A DNA stretch of 64,000 nucleotides from the human T2T-CHM13v2.0 reference genome, Homo sapiens. Each line of letters opens with the position of its first letter. Position 1 is the stretch's first letter. Made by a program: the position numbers and the translations under genes. Shown piece after piece: positions 1-15,319 of this stretch. The stretch lies in assembly GCF_009914755.1 (NCBI RefSeq), contig NC_060935.1; one strand, written 5' to 3'. Under the pieces are notes generated by a model. The model was not told the origin of the DNA, did no database searches, and worked only from the letters and a program-made list of their open reading frames with translations.

Positions 1-1059
1 CTACACTCTCTCTCACAGTTCAGGTTTGTTTTCTTCCTGGATTTCCTTTCTTCTCTTCTCTTTTAAACTTGTGTTCCCTGAGGTTCAGTCTTTTTTTTTT
101 TTTTTTAACCAAAGTGAGCTTATTATCATTTTTATGGCTTGACCTCTACCATTATAAGATAACTCCCATACATGTGTCCCTTTCCAAGCATTCTTTTGAG
201 TATCTACAAGGCAAACTGGATCGCACTGAAGCTCAAGAATATTATGTAAGTTGCCTGAGGACATACAGCTAGTAGTAGGTAGCCGAGATAGGGCTTGAAC
301 TCAAATCAACGATTTCCTATTTCTCTCTGATCATCTTTCTGTATTTCCTGGAATCCCCAACTCCTAAGACATCTGATTTTTAAACCTGAGAGTCATTCGT
401 CCCTTATTACTGTTTCTTCCTCTTTTCTCATGTCATCAAGACCTGTTGATTTTCCCTTATATATATTTATTTAATCCAACCTCCCAGTCCCACCTCCATC
501 CTTATCAGAACCCTAGAATAATAACTCATTACCATTGTCTATAAACTGAACTCCTTTCCCTATGGTGGATTTTTATTAAATACATGCCCCACAGTAATTT
601 ATGTAAACAAAAATTCTCCTTATTAGTTTAAAAGTCCTGGACTGAGGGCCCTACTTATCTTTACAATGTCTCCTCTCTTTCTATTATTCTCTTCCATGTT
701 ATACTTACACATATAGATATTTATGCTTTTAAAACATATATTCAGCATAAAACTAGACATAAATTGATTGTAAAGGTGAAGAAATGGAACTTGAGTTACT
801 GTAACAGAATTCTGTCATTATATGTAACACATGGGGCTTTTACTATTCAGGCATGTTATGCCCTGTGTAATTGTTCTTTAGGATCTAGTCTAATGGATTC
901 CAAATATGTGCTTCCTATCTCCCTCAGCAGGAGTAAGCAGAGGGTAATGTGGGAATGCACAGAGTTTAAAAAGCCTCAAAGTCAGAGAAGACCTCTCTGA
1001 AGAAGAAACATTTGATTATATTATCTAACAAGAAAAACAGATTTCCATATTTTATTTTA

Positions 1060-1330
1060 TTGGTTACCTAATGCTTTTCACATATAAAGTCTAATTTAGT
1101 CTTCACCACTACTTTTTGTGGAGTAGGAATATTTATCTCAGTTTTACAGGTAAAAACAAATAAGGCTCTTGAATGTTACACAAGTTGCCCAAGGAAATGT
1201 GCTAGTGAGTAGCTGAGACAACTTGAACTCAAATTAACATTAAAAATGAGAAAATTGAGATCCAGTAATTGGCTCAAGGTCAACAGTGGTAGGAGAATAT
1301 TCCATTTCATGTCTTGATTTCCTGTCTAGT
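1060..1330 (-). mobile_element. MIR fragments
   Basis: MIR-like core: ctcagttttacagg...taaggct...aagttgcccaagg...gctagtgagtagctgag...cttgaactca; boundaries approximate. Confidence 0.6.
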
Positions 1331-2200
1331 CCCTTATAATTCTTCTTCCTTTTGTTTTTCTGTATATCACACTGTCCCCAGCAATAAATTAACATCTTAC
1401 TTTGTACACATGATTTAAGATACAGCCCTATCTAATCCAAGTAAACATTTAGAGATCAAAACTAATCTCCTGACAATTTTTAATTAGACTAATATTTATC
1501 AAATGTGATGTGTGCCAAGTATTGGAGCTGTAACTGCTGTGAGTAACCAGACCATACAATCAAGGCACTCTCCAACTTGTCTAAGGTTCAAATCTAAATT
1601 TTTGCATTACAAAATTTTGAAGCACTATTTTACCAATTTCCTGGTAGTTATATTGCCTATTTTTCACTTTTATTTTTAGTGTACTATCTTGGTTTTATTT
1701 AAATGTAGTTTCTTATAGAAAAACCTACATTGTTGTACTTCCACTGAAGAGAATATTGACACAGGCTATTTTATTTCTTCATTGGTTGGGGGCAGTCATG
1801 CACTTGCCTCGGGGTTTTCTGTTATTCTTCCATGAAACCCAGAAATAAAAGCATACATGCAATTATTGATTGTGCGTTTACTCCAAAGGCTCAGACAAAA
1901 AAAACTAAGAGGTTATAATGCGATTGACAAAGCCATATGTTTCCTGAAATCAGATCTTCCACACTTGCATCTATACGTGATACTGAAATAAAGTAAAACT
2001 AAGCCAATAATCACCCATCAAATACTGAATGAGTATTTTTTTGGTAAGAAAAATGAATTAATGTTATAGACACACACGCTTTTACATAACATGTGTATAT
2101 ATAACATAAAACATATAACGACCAAATATCTACATGTTAATAAAAATATATATTTTTATATATAATTCAGAATTATACATAGATAATATGATATGTGATC

Positions 2201-2316
2201 CACGTATACTATGTAACAAACCTGCACGTTCTGCACATGTATCCCAGAACCTAAAGTAAAATTTTAAAAAAAGTAATATATATATATATCTAAAATAAAA
2301 GAAATATCCAAAAAAA
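2201..2316 (+). mobile_element. Extremely 5'-truncated L1PA 3' end (~70 bp) plus A-rich tail
   Basis: atgtaacaaacctgcacgttctgcacatgtatcccagaacctaaagtaaaa matches the L1PA terminus; TSD gatatgtgatc at 2190-2200 and 2317-2327. Confidence 0.85.
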
Positions 2317-3789
2317 GATATGTGATCAAGATATATAAATACATATATACATATATATATGTGTCAATTTTTAAAATCATAGATTCTTGATCATATGTAG
2401 CGGAGGCTTAATGTTTTTCATCTGTCTACCCTGTCTTCATTATACCCCTTTTGAAAATAAACGTGATTGTTCTTGGGAAAGAAAAAAAATTCTTCTTTTC
2501 CAGTTCTTGGGGTTTAAGTAGGGTAGGACCCACTGCCAAGCTTCATGGGTAGTAGGTATGTGCTTCAACTCTGACCAGTCAGTGATTTTATTTCCTAACC
2601 CAAAGCCAGGTCCAGGGATGGGCTATTGTGAGAACTGAAAGAAATCATACATGCTAACCCATAATAAAGCAGACTACATCAAATATGCCATTTGAAGTTT
2701 TTTCAGATCACATTTGAAATTCTACTTCACTCTATTTCTGTTGCTTTCATGAAATTTGAAAGTAATGGAAGGTGTCATCATTTCATTTTCCCTCCACTAG
2801 TAGCAACTAGGTGTGAGTTTGTTCCATGACAGACTTTAGTTTCATTCACTTGAAATAGGTCCCAAAGTTTCATTCCCATGGTTTGTGTTGCCTTGAATTT
2901 TAGCTGCTGTGCTTTTGAGCTGCATTCCAGACTACAAATATTGAGATTTCTATTCTTTCCATTTATTGCCTTGTGGGATTTATCACAGGGATACTTCAGC
3001 ACTTCAACTCCCAAATAAGGAAGTATTTATTGTCACTTTTTTGTCCATTTGATATTCTATTTTTAATTGTAATTCATTATACTCTCTTTCTACGCTGTCT
3101 AAAGCAATAATCTTACTCACTAAACAATAACTAGGGTTTATGTTAGACCTCAGCTATTCAGCAAAAAAGCAATCAGATGAAAATAGGTTATACATCTTTG
3201 AAAGAAATTGATTACACAGACTTTTTTTTGTTCCAATAACATAACTTGACTTGGTTAGCACTCTGATACTTTTGAAGTATGGAGAGGAAGTAAAGCTGTT
3301 ATAATGGATGGAAAAGAAACACACTGAGGCTAAGCGACATCCCTAAAGCCACCATGAAATATGATCCAGAAGCTGAAATTCTGACACAGACAAGGAATTC
3401 CAATTTACTGCACATGGTAATTCCATAATTTCTCAGTATCAATTTTTAAGTTAAATATAAGAACCAGGTTTATAATAGGAAATGTATTAGTTAATGGGGA
3501 GAAAATAAGGATTAATAAGATGTAGCATTTATGCCCTTGTAGGACCCAGAATTTCTTCATATTTTTATTTGAGCATGGACTGAGCAGAATATAAAAACCT
3601 AAAAATAAAACTACATAATTTAGGCTTCTTGCTACTCCTTGTTTCCAAATTCTGTTTTAAAAAGTTCACAGGGCTTTTTGCAACTTATTTTCAGAAGCTT
3701 AAGTTTGATATACTTCTTTTCCAACAGATTATGAAAGTTTTACTATACACAGAAGAGGAAGTAGCTAAAAAATTTGGTTCACATAGTCA

Positions 3790-4325
3790 ATGCCCTTCAA
3801 TGAAAGACCTCCAGAAATATACCTGTAATTGAACAAATTTGAGTTTATTACTTCTGGCATCTAGGAGAAATGCACATCATGGGATATCAAGAGACATCTC
3901 AATAAGATTGTTTTATTATGAGGAAAATTTATTATAGGACTGAGCTTCTATTAGGTAGTTCTGGCGAGAGTTCAAGAAAGTGGTGCTTTGCTCTGGCTTA
4001 GAGCAGTTCTATGAATGAGAATCTCTATGCATTTTACCTAGCAGGAAGAAAGAATAGAGTTAGGCTAAAACTATGGTTGGTAATTTTGTATTCATCACCC
4101 ACAATGGTTGGGGGAGGACATGTTTGCAGGGACCTTCTTTTCTGTCAGTGTTCAGACAATATCATGAAGTGGGCTTGTTTTTTGCTTTGTTTTATTTTGT
4201 CTCTGTCTTACTTCATCACCATCTCAGAGTGACCTTGTCAGATGATGGTGTTTTGCGAGACTGTGTTCAAACGTACAATACTACAGCCTGTCTTGTTCTG
4301 AATGCTAGCACAACTTTTAGATATC
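3790..4325. mobile_element. Old LTR remnant, probably ERVL class (subfamily uncertain)
   Basis: gaacaaatttgagtttatta...gagaaatgcacatcatggg...ttataggactgagc resembles recalled old LTR consensus. Confidence 0.45.
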
Positions 4326-4599
4326 ATTGACTGCTGTTTCTTTTCAAAAGGTACCGTTCAGACAGAATCAGGTAATTTAAATACTTTTAATATTTAAATT
4401 AAATATTTAAATTTAATTTAATTTAAATATTTTACATATTTTAATTTTTTAAAATTGAAAGAGGAATTAAAATTAAAAGAGAAATTAGCTGCTTTTCAGT
4501 TTTGGGATTTGAGTATAGTCAACAAAAGTGATTTGGGGCAGGAGATATCACTTAGTAGCCATGTTGCCTTGATTTAGCTAGCTTTATTATTAATAAAAT

Positions 4600-5100
4600 A
4601 AAACTCATAAGAGCACTTACCTCACAGGATTGTAGTAAAGATTAAATGAGTTGGTGTGTGCAAAGTTCTTATCAAAGTGCCAAGCACATAACACATTCTC
4701 AATAAGTACTACTGATAATGGTGCTGTTGCCAACAGTGGGGCAGTGGTAGCATTGGAGATCATATCTAGACCCAGACTTGCTATATTCACACTCTCTCAC
4801 TCAATGCCTGGATTTGTGTTTGGTTTTGCCACTCACTAGATATGTGACCTGATTCTGTGTTGTTCTATGCATAGTTTTGGCATTAGACAGGCAGAGTTAA
4901 ACATCCCAGCTTTGCCACTTATTGGAAGTCTTGTCTTAGATAGGCTCCTTAACTTCTTTGAGTGACAATTACTTAACTATAAAATGCAAATAATACTAGT
5001 ATAGATGGCATGGCGTCTGCTTGTTATACAAATAGATAAAATATACAAAATATTGAGCCTATAGTTAATGTTCTCTAAATTGCAGTTCTCATTATTATTA
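4600..5100 (+). mobile_element. Two MIR fragments
   Basis: cttacctcacaggattgtagtaaagattaaatgag...; cccagctttgccacttatt...ccttaacttctttgag. Confidence 0.65.
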
Positions 5101-5669
5101 GCCACAGTCCCCCAGCTTGTAAGGTGAGAGTCAAAATACTGATGTGAAATCACATATAAGCAATGTATGACACAAAATTATAAAGCATCACACAAATGAA
5201 AGGGCTGTTTGTATTATTGCAATAGGAAGGAAATACATGCTGTCCTAGGATCCAACTCTCCATTCAGAAACTTAATGACAAGAACAGTATCTTAGAAATA
5301 AGTTTGGCTGATATCTAGTAACAGTGGCAAGGATGTAGACATTTATTGAACTTTATTTTTTTCTCCATCGTCTTCCAAATTTGCGTCTTGACCTTGGAGA
5401 AGTCATTTAATTCATCTGGTTCTAATTATATACCTACTTAAGTGACAGATTTTGTGATAAAGAGATGATAAGACAGCTAATAAAATAATATTTATAGAGC
5501 TATTTGAGGTCTTAGGTGAAAAGTAGCTCACGGGCAATATCTATTATCTCACTGTTATTTTGTTACAGAAAGTGAGCAAAAATCGTTTCTCACAACAATC
5601 AACAATGGAAAAATATCAATGTATTTATTTCAAAACCTGAAGAAAATTCCCATAAAACCATGGAGTTAG

Positions 5670-5905
5670 TAAGCATAATGTTGACTTTAATCCTGCAACT
5701 CTGGAGCCTGACTGCCTGAGTACAAATCTTGGCTATAGGTATGACTTTTTAACTGCAGTACTGGGCTACTGCTCAACCTCCTTTCCACAGCTGAGTTTCC
5801 TCCTCTGAATCATGGACATAATAATAGGACTGTTGTGAAAAATAAAATGAGTAATATAATTTGCTTGGAATACAAACTGCCGGTCCCATAATGTAGGCTG
5901 TAATT
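5670..5905 (+). mobile_element. MIR
   Basis: ctctggagcctgactgcctgagtacaaatcttggct...ctcaacctc...tttcctcctctg...gttgtgaaaaataaaatgag. Confidence 0.65.
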
Positions 5906-6561
5906 ATTGCCATGAAATGTAACCTTACCGCATCTTAAGTCTGATAGAGATTAAATAGGGCTTTGCTACAAATAACACCCTATGTGAAGGAAATACATGC
6001 ACAGTGCTGTGGGAGAGTCACAGGCACAATGTCTGGACAGAAAACCTGGCCTCTCTACAGGACATCAGGAAGCTGGTCAAGTGAATTCTGAAAGCTGTAG
6101 TCAAAGAAGGAACATGAGATTGAAATTTAAATAATACAATTAGATGAAGAGGCAGAGGCGTATCTTGGATTGACAGACACTTTTATTTCACCTTGGGATC
6201 TATTCACTGACCCTTCTGCATACATGGGAATTCTTTTTATACAGCTCTCTTTAGGGTAACTGCTTCTACCCTTGCTTTTTGAGACCTGGGATGAGATCAA
6301 CTGCTTATCACTGTGACTAGCCAGTATCATTGCCTTATTTTCTCTAACTCCCATTCAAACTTACAAAAATAAATCTTTCATTGAACTTGCTTAAATAAAC
6401 CAGCTGAAATTAGTCATTTCTTGTATTTGGGGATGATGTCTACAACTTGTTTGGGATTTGTGAATGGTTCTTACTAAGTGTTCAAGTTTTAGGTTTTAAA
6501 CTTTTACATTTTCTCAACTCTGTTCTTGGTTTTGGTTATCCAAATTCTAGATTAAATTCTT

Positions 6562-6663
6562 GACTGTTATGCACATTTCATTTATTTTTTTTCTTTAATT
6601 ATATATGTTTTAGACTGTTATACACATTGCATTTATTTTTTTTCTTTAATTATATATGCTTTA
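6562..6663. repeat. 51-bp tandem duplication, 2 copies
   Basis: gactgttatRcacatt...ctttaattatatatgYttta repeated at 6562 and 6613 with a few mismatches. Confidence 0.9.
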
Positions 6664-6779
6664 AATTTTAGGTCTGTTTTTACATTCTGTCTCCACCCAA
6701 ATTTCCTTTTCAGGGTGAAGTTTGTTTTGTGGAAGACTTTTTACTAGAAATTAAACAGAATGGTCTATTTTTTTTTTTG

Positions 6780-7620
6780 AGTGAGACTTGTTAATTTGTC
6801 TCTTTCAAATATTTTGTCTTTGTCAAAATTATTGGCTCAATGATATTCATAATGTTCTCTTTTTATTGTCCTAATTTTCATGGGGATTTAAAGTGATATC
6901 CTCAATCTTAGTATATATAGTTTGCATTTTTTTCAACCAGTTAATCTATCTGGTGTTTATCAGTTTTATTGATCATCTCAAACCTTAAGCCACTGGCTTC
7001 ATTGATTTTTTTTCTCTTTTGATTTCTATTTTAAAAAATTTATCGTTGTTACATTTTTTTCAGATTTTAAGTACTTTCAAATTTATTTTATCTGTTCGTC
7101 ATTCCCTTTTCTTTCTATTTCTACCTTCATCTGAATTAATTGAATATATATTATGACTTCATTTTATCTTATATATTGCCTTATCCCTTCTCCCAGATTT
7201 TGGTAGTCACTTTAGGGTTTACAGCAGGACTCAGCAACTTTTTTTTCTTGTAAAGGGTAATTATAGAAAATATTTTAGATTTTATAAGGCAATAGAAGGT
7301 TTTTATTTAAAGTATTTTATAATGTATTTTCAGGCAGTATTAACTACTTTTCATGTAGTTTAAGAACCTCACAACAATATACTTCTCTTTTACCAAGTTT
7401 TATGATATTGTTTCGTACATTGTACTTTGACTTATGTTAAAAACCCTAAAATCCAGATTATTTTCTTAAATAATTATTTTTTTATTTTCCTAAATTTGCT
7501 GTTAGTATTATTCTTCTTTGGTCCAACTCCTGGTTTCCGTTTATTACCCTTCTCCCAAGGACCATTGTTCTACACTGCCTGTTAATGAATGTATGAAAAT
7601 TGTTGTTCCATATACTTACG
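6780..7620 (-). mobile_element. Ancient L1M fragments
   Basis: T-rich antisense L1 ORF2-like text (ttatcagttttattgatcatctcaaa...cttcattgatttt). Confidence 0.5.
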
Positions 7621-7769
7621 TTTTTTTTTTTCCTGTTTAGTTGTGTCATTTGAGGGTGTAATATCAGTCTCTGATATTCTATCAGAAGAAGAAGTCTGGC
7701 ATTAGTTTTTGAATAATCTTTGTTGCTTTTGTCACTAACTCCCACTTTTTTTCATTCTGTCCTCCATTC

Positions 7770-8320
7770 TCCTTAGGAAAGAATGATCTTTATAAACTAC
7801 AGATTTGATTATGCTACTATCGTACATGTCTGTTAGCATGAATAATAAAATACAAATTTAGCCTGGTATACAAGACTCTCCAAGATCTAGTCTGTCCTAC
7901 ACAATAGGACATGGCCTACACAATAAGGAGTATAAAGTAAAGTATACCTCTATTCTAAAGACCAACCAGACCTCTTGGTGTTCACCAAACACTCCAACAC
8001 TCCATGATCCCTCTTGAAGCTTGCTTCACAAACATAGAACTAGAACTCCATTTCTACACTTTAGTTTTAAATATGTTTTATATGTCTTTTAAGAACAAGC
8101 TGAGGCATCACCGAAGCAACTGTATCATTTCTGAATACCAACTCTCTTTCTCTCTGTTTCTCTATCTCTTATTTTCCTCTTTACTTCCGTTAGCCTAGGT
8201 AGTCATTGCTGGTTTACATGTCTGACTCCTCTGGACTCTGAGCTCTTTGCGTAAAGGAATGTTGTCTTTGATTTCTGTGTCTCAAACATCTGTTCATATC
8301 AAATATCTACCTGACGTCTG
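7770..8320 (+). mobile_element. L2 3' fragment
   Basis: ttagcctggtatacaagactctccaagatctag...tggactctgagctctttg...aaggaatgttgtctttg. Confidence 0.5.
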
Positions 8321-9135
8321 AATCAAATAGGTTTGTAGGTACCCATGAATGTAGGCTGGTGGGCAAAGAACTATATTCACCAAGTAATGTGAACTTTAGA
8401 AAGACAATGGGGCACTCTTTCTGTGATTAGCCTCTATTCAATATGTGCAAATGCTCAACACATACCTAAATGATTTTAGGTTACATTTATCTCAAAAGCC
8501 ACAGGTATAACACAAACATATTATTGCTTTTTTTCTGGTTTAATTTTTCCCCATATCATTGCCTCCAAAATTGTCCTGTAACTTATAATGCCAGTAAATG
8601 TGGAACACAAATGAAATGATAACTTTGTTTTTTTCTTATTGTTCTTATTAATTAATTAATCAATTTTATTTCACATTAGCATTATTACTCTTCTTTTATC
8701 AATGTTATTAGTACAAATTCTGGTAGTCTAGACTTTTTCATGAATAATTATGAAGACAAACACTTGTGAATCAATAATTACATTTAAAAGAATCATTTAA
8801 ATATTTATTTAAATATTAATTCTATTATTTTATTTAATGAATTTTTATTTAGGATGTAAAATGTTCCAGACTATTTCAGGTTTCAGGAATAGAACATGAA
8901 TGTTAATTTTTAGATCCAAATAACTTAGTGGGAAGGTCAGACAATATACAAGAACAAAATTAAACAAGGTAAAGATTAAAAAATGAAAGTTAACACATTA
9001 TATTCAAAATCTAAAGCAAGTATATTTAATAGAGAAATTGTTAATGCAATTTTAAAGACTAGAAACAAGACAGTGGTGATTCTTATTGCCATTTATTAAT
9101 TCGTGGGGGGCTTCAACACTTTATATGAGTGTCCC

Positions 9136-10136
<1,001 letters not shown>

Positions 10137-12275
10137 CTCTTAATTAAGTTTGTAAAACTTTTTTTTAATATACAACAGTTTGTTAACACAAACAATTTTC
10201 ATTATAAATTTAAATAGTTGTAAATAATATATTTTTTCTGTTTTATTCCAAACGCTTATGTTATAAAATGAAACTGACAATATTCTTTAAAATTTATTCA
10301 TTGAAATATAAATGCCATAGAAATTTGATATGTGCTGTCATCCATTTGAAATCTATATAATAGTTCAAAATTTCCCATTTTTTAACTTTGAATTATATTT
10401 CTATTCTGTTTCTGCTACCAAATCTTATGTTAATGTAATATACATGTATTTTTTATGCTTGAAAAAATATTTTTAATCACCTTATGTAATTCCTCCATAA
10501 CAACAATATATATATATATACTTAAGTGTCATTTTTTATTGTGACTTTAAGATCTGAATTTAGTTATCATTTCACTAAACATGGGAACAATGTTATTGGA
10601 AACGCATCCCCTAAGATGTTGACACAGGTATTTTTATTGATTAATTGTGTAATTAATTAGCCTGTGGATCATTTTTGATTATTTTTCAAAGAAGACAGAT
10701 TTCAATGATAATATAAGACATTTTACATCTTTGTAGATGCATGTAATAAAATGATATTCATATGTTGACCTAGATGGTGTTAAAAGGTGTATTTTTATAG
10801 CAATAACATTTATTGCTCCAAACCCTTTTAAAATTACATGCTGAAAATCACAAAGTGATCTATGATCAGAATTCTTTAGGTTATCTATAGGTCAATGACT
10901 TAAGAATGTTTCTCTTATATTTGTTAAAAGAATGCCAGGACTTCTTGGCCAAAGTCCTGAAATGACTGCTCCTGTTCTTACAACTTCTGAAACAGTCATA
11001 TAAGACTCATGTCTCCTTGACTTCAAATCTTACCAATCTCCACTCACTCACTAAGGTTTAGTCACAGTAAACTTCTTGTGGTTTGCTCCTTAAACACATT
11101 ACATGATTCTGCCACCTTAATCACTTTCACACTCACTTCTCTATGAGTACCCTCTCCATGACTAATGACTATACTTCTTATTGTTGTAAGCAGCCTCTCA
11201 ACCTTGAAATTCTCAACCTTTATTCTGATCTTCCTTTTTAAAATCTTTATTATTTACTTACTTGTTACTTATTATCTTTTTTTCTATTTCTGGTTAGAAT
11301 ATAAGCTCCACAAAAGCAGGTAGCTGGCCCAAGTTTACGCAAACACCAGGAGAGACCAAGATTGTAAGTTAGACAGTTGAAATCTGGGATCTGAGCTCTT
11401 AACTGGATCCTATGGCACACCACCCTGTCACCTCCAAACACACCCATTCACTGATGACACTACCAGTTATTTGTATTGTCCCCATTCAGATCATTTGAAT
11501 ATTGTACTTTATAACTAACCACCATTGATTTTTTTTCTTCCCCTTCCTCTGCTAAATGAGAAGGTCCTTAAGAACATCTCTATAATCTTAGCTCCTAGTA
11601 TGATTGCAATGTACTGTCACTTGTTAGAATTGTTTTAGAGGAAATAATTCAATTCCTCAATAGTGAAAATGTATCCTCTAAGGAAGGAGATCATTTGTGC
11701 TGGTCAGAACACGTGAATAGAGTCCTACAAAGTAACGCTTTATTTCTCTTAGAGAAGAGCTATTAATTTTATTTTTGACACTTTGCATGACTCTGGGTAA
11801 GTCAGCTTTTTTCTCTTCCATCCACATACATTTAGAAAAACATGTTAATCCAGCACAGCTGATGAGTATTTATGTGTTAAGAGGATTAAACTTTTATCAC
11901 AGAAAATAAAGAAGAAAAAATCTCATTATATTTCCTTTTCTCTCCCTTTACTTAGCTAAAGTCAGAGACAAAGAAGGCCTGAGCAAGCTGCTACAGGACT
12001 TCACAAATCTGGTAGAAATTTATCTAATAGGTTACAATAATAGTCCTCGTTTTGTATTTGAGTTCAGTGCTGACTTACTTTTTTAATTGTTCTAGCTTCA
12101 TTTCTGAAAAAGTATACATTTGGTAAATGCTGTTTCCTGGAGCTAAATTGTACCTGGGGAGTTAAGTATTTCAACTTTGATCATTTTCAAATGGGTACAC
12201 ACACATGCACAAGCCTCAAAACCTGGAGACTCAGCTGAAAACTAGGACAGCTTTATTCCAGTTGCTGCTCTGCTA

Positions 12276-12683
<408 letters not shown>

Positions 12684-13012
12684 TTACTATTCATAAAGCA
12701 GAAATATGTGAATAATACATCTGTGAGCTTTGTCAGTTTGTTTACACTCTGACATGAAGTGGGTGTCGTTGAGAAAGTGAGCTTGTATGTATTTTTTCTA
12801 TCATGATCACAGAGTGGCATTTTTGTATGTTATTGATCTCTGAGGTTGTTTTTGTTCTATAGGAGAACACCATGATCTAGCTTGAGTGTCAAACCAGCTC
12901 CCAGAGAAAGCTATCGGAAAATGCCTTTTTTTTTCTTGCTCAGTTTTTGATTGCCTTCCACTTTTAACCATTCTTGCTTAGGTCTAAAAGTAAGCTACTT
13001 TTGTATATGTTG

Positions 13013-13160
13013 TCTCTCTCTCTTTCACACACACACACACGTGTTGTGTGTGTGTGTATATATATATGCATCTATATATGTCTATATAATGTGTGTGTGT
13101 CTATGCATATGCATGTACCTACATGTGTGTGTATATACAGATAGATAGACACACACATAC
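13013..13160. repeat. Compound microsatellite (CT)n(CA)n(TG)n(TA)n
   Basis: direct reading. Confidence 0.9.
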
Positions 13161-14434
13161 ATTCTAATTTCAGGCAGTAACATACAGATATATAGATACA
13201 GAAATAGATACAGCCCACTTGCTTTTAATAGTGTGAAAGAGTCAGCTTTTCTTATTTTTCTTAAAAAAATCTTTAAACATTTATTTCAAAATTGACCATG
13301 AAAGAATAATTTATTTAGCTATCTGGCTTCAAATAAAACATTAAAAAATAATGTCTCAATTTTATTTGGTCAAGACATCTTGCTGGGTTCTCAGAAAACT
13401 GATCAGGAACAAAGTTTACATGCTAATACATTACTGGAGAGTATAATTTCAAGAATGCAGAAATGAGGGAAAAGAAAACTGAGGCAAGAAGTGAGGGAGA
13501 GAAAACTCTAGGGAGCCCAGATACTACTTGGCTCAAATACCAGTAATGGCTAAACTACATAGGACTGGCTTTAGAGAATCCCAACGAACTACACACTTAC
13601 CTTGTACAAAAACTGTTCAGTTAATGTTCAACTAATGTTCTCCATGACAGCTCTTGACAAGTATACTACTATTTGTATGTGTTTTATTTTTCAAATTTAA
13701 TAATCTTTAACGTAAAACCCCCAAGCAAATTAAGGTTTTCACATTATGGTTTCAGGCAGTAATGTACTCACAAATGTACTTGATATTGCAGTTTCTAGTC
13801 TGAGAATGCCATTATAAGACAAATGTAAATTTTGTTTTGTGTTTAAGTAAGCTTGAAATATTTTTCTTCATATACAAATGCCAATCAAATCAAATAAAGA
13901 GGTAGCCTCTTCTAGATCTGTTCGTTATGTCATATACTTTCACTATTTACACATATAATCATCTTTATTTTGCCCTAAAAGTAGTGGTCTGTAGTAGGTT
14001 TATTTATTAGGTGCAGTTTGAATGCAGACTGGGAGCTTCAATATGTTTAGAATTTGGTAAAGTGAACAATGCAGAGAAAATAATGGTAACTTGGCTTGAG
14101 CTGAAATACATCAGTAGTTTTTCAGTTAACAATTAATAAAACAAGTTTCTGTTTGAAAGATTTGTACTTATTGCATTTGTTTTCAGGATCAAATTATGTT
14201 TTTTAAGCAGGAGATATGTGGACTGCATCTCAAGACAGTCTATCCAAGTAAATAAAATAATGCACCACTTGATTTTGTTTCGCATTGGTGAAATGTTTAT
14301 TTCTGTTTTTTCAAATTGTTCATCCACAGAGCTGGACCACAGATTTTTGTGTTTCTCAGCAGCATGGGGGCAAAGGAGCAAGACATGAGGTGAGAGGTAG
14401 GAGAAATGGTGGGCTGCTGAACAGGCTTGCCAAA

Positions 14435-14560
14435 GCAAAGGAGAAAAAAGAAAGGAGTGAAGAAAGGAAGGGATGAGGGAAAGGAGGGAGAAAGAGAAAA
14501 AAGAATAAGAAGAGAGAAAGAGAAGGAAAGAAAAGGAATAAGAGGAAAGAAAGGAAAAAA
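14435..14560. repeat. GA-rich low-complexity polypurine tract
   Basis: direct reading. Confidence 0.85.
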
Positions 14561-14959
14561 GCACACTGAATTATGGCTTTGGTTGCAATTACCTTGATTA
14601 TGTGGTGGAACTTCTACAAAAGCCATATTCAAGCTACTAGTGATTTAACAACCAGCTTTCAATGTTACATAATATTCAGCATCAGTTCCCAGGGGTCCAT
14701 AGGAATACTAACAGCTAACAGCCTTAAAGAAAAATGTATCCTACAGGATCTAAATTGGTATCTTAGAAGTATGAGATGCAAGCCTTTATCATTTCATATT
14801 CATGTTTGAAGTATTTTTTCCTGTTTTAGGCCTTGGTTTTCATTTTCCATTTCTAACTAATACAGCTTGTAAAAATGTTACATGGATGTTTATAAAATGA
14901 TATTTTTATCTTAATACTACCCTTTTCAAATTTTATTTGATAGTGTCCTGTTTCAAATG

Positions 14960-15290
14960 CCAGTGTGTACTGAAATCCAACTTGTACACTGACCATCCAG
15001 ACTTAGCACAGACTTCACAAGGACTCTTTCCTCTGCAGGACCACCCTCACTTCAAATCCCAGCTGCAAGTTGGGTCCACAGGCCACCTGCACTAGTGACA
15101 GACTGCCTACAAATTCAGAGGTTCCCATAATACCCTCCAGGTTTGATAGTTTTCTGTAATGACCCAAAGAACTTCAGAAAGTGCTATAATTAATGATTAT
15201 ATTTTCTTATCAAGGATACAAATCAGGACAACCATAAAATCAAAGAAAAATGAAGAGATGCATTGGGTGAGGATGCGGAGCAAACAGAGT
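14960..15290 (-). mobile_element. MER21-family LTR fragment
   Basis: ccaccctcacttcaaatcccagctgcaagttggg...caggccacctgcact...ctacaaattcagaggttccca. Confidence 0.65.
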
Positions 15291-15319
15291 TCTTTTCCTG
15301 TCACATTACTATGATCTGA

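Noticed and set aside
7897-7930. cctacacaata short direct repeat
   Set aside because: Too short; lies within a decayed L2.
10140-10970. AT-rich stretch that may be an old DNA transposon
   Set aside because: Could not identify termini, TSD or a family with confidence.
14133-14632. Hydrophobic 143-aa and 111-aa ORFs
   Set aside because: Artefact of the GA-rich low-complexity tract.
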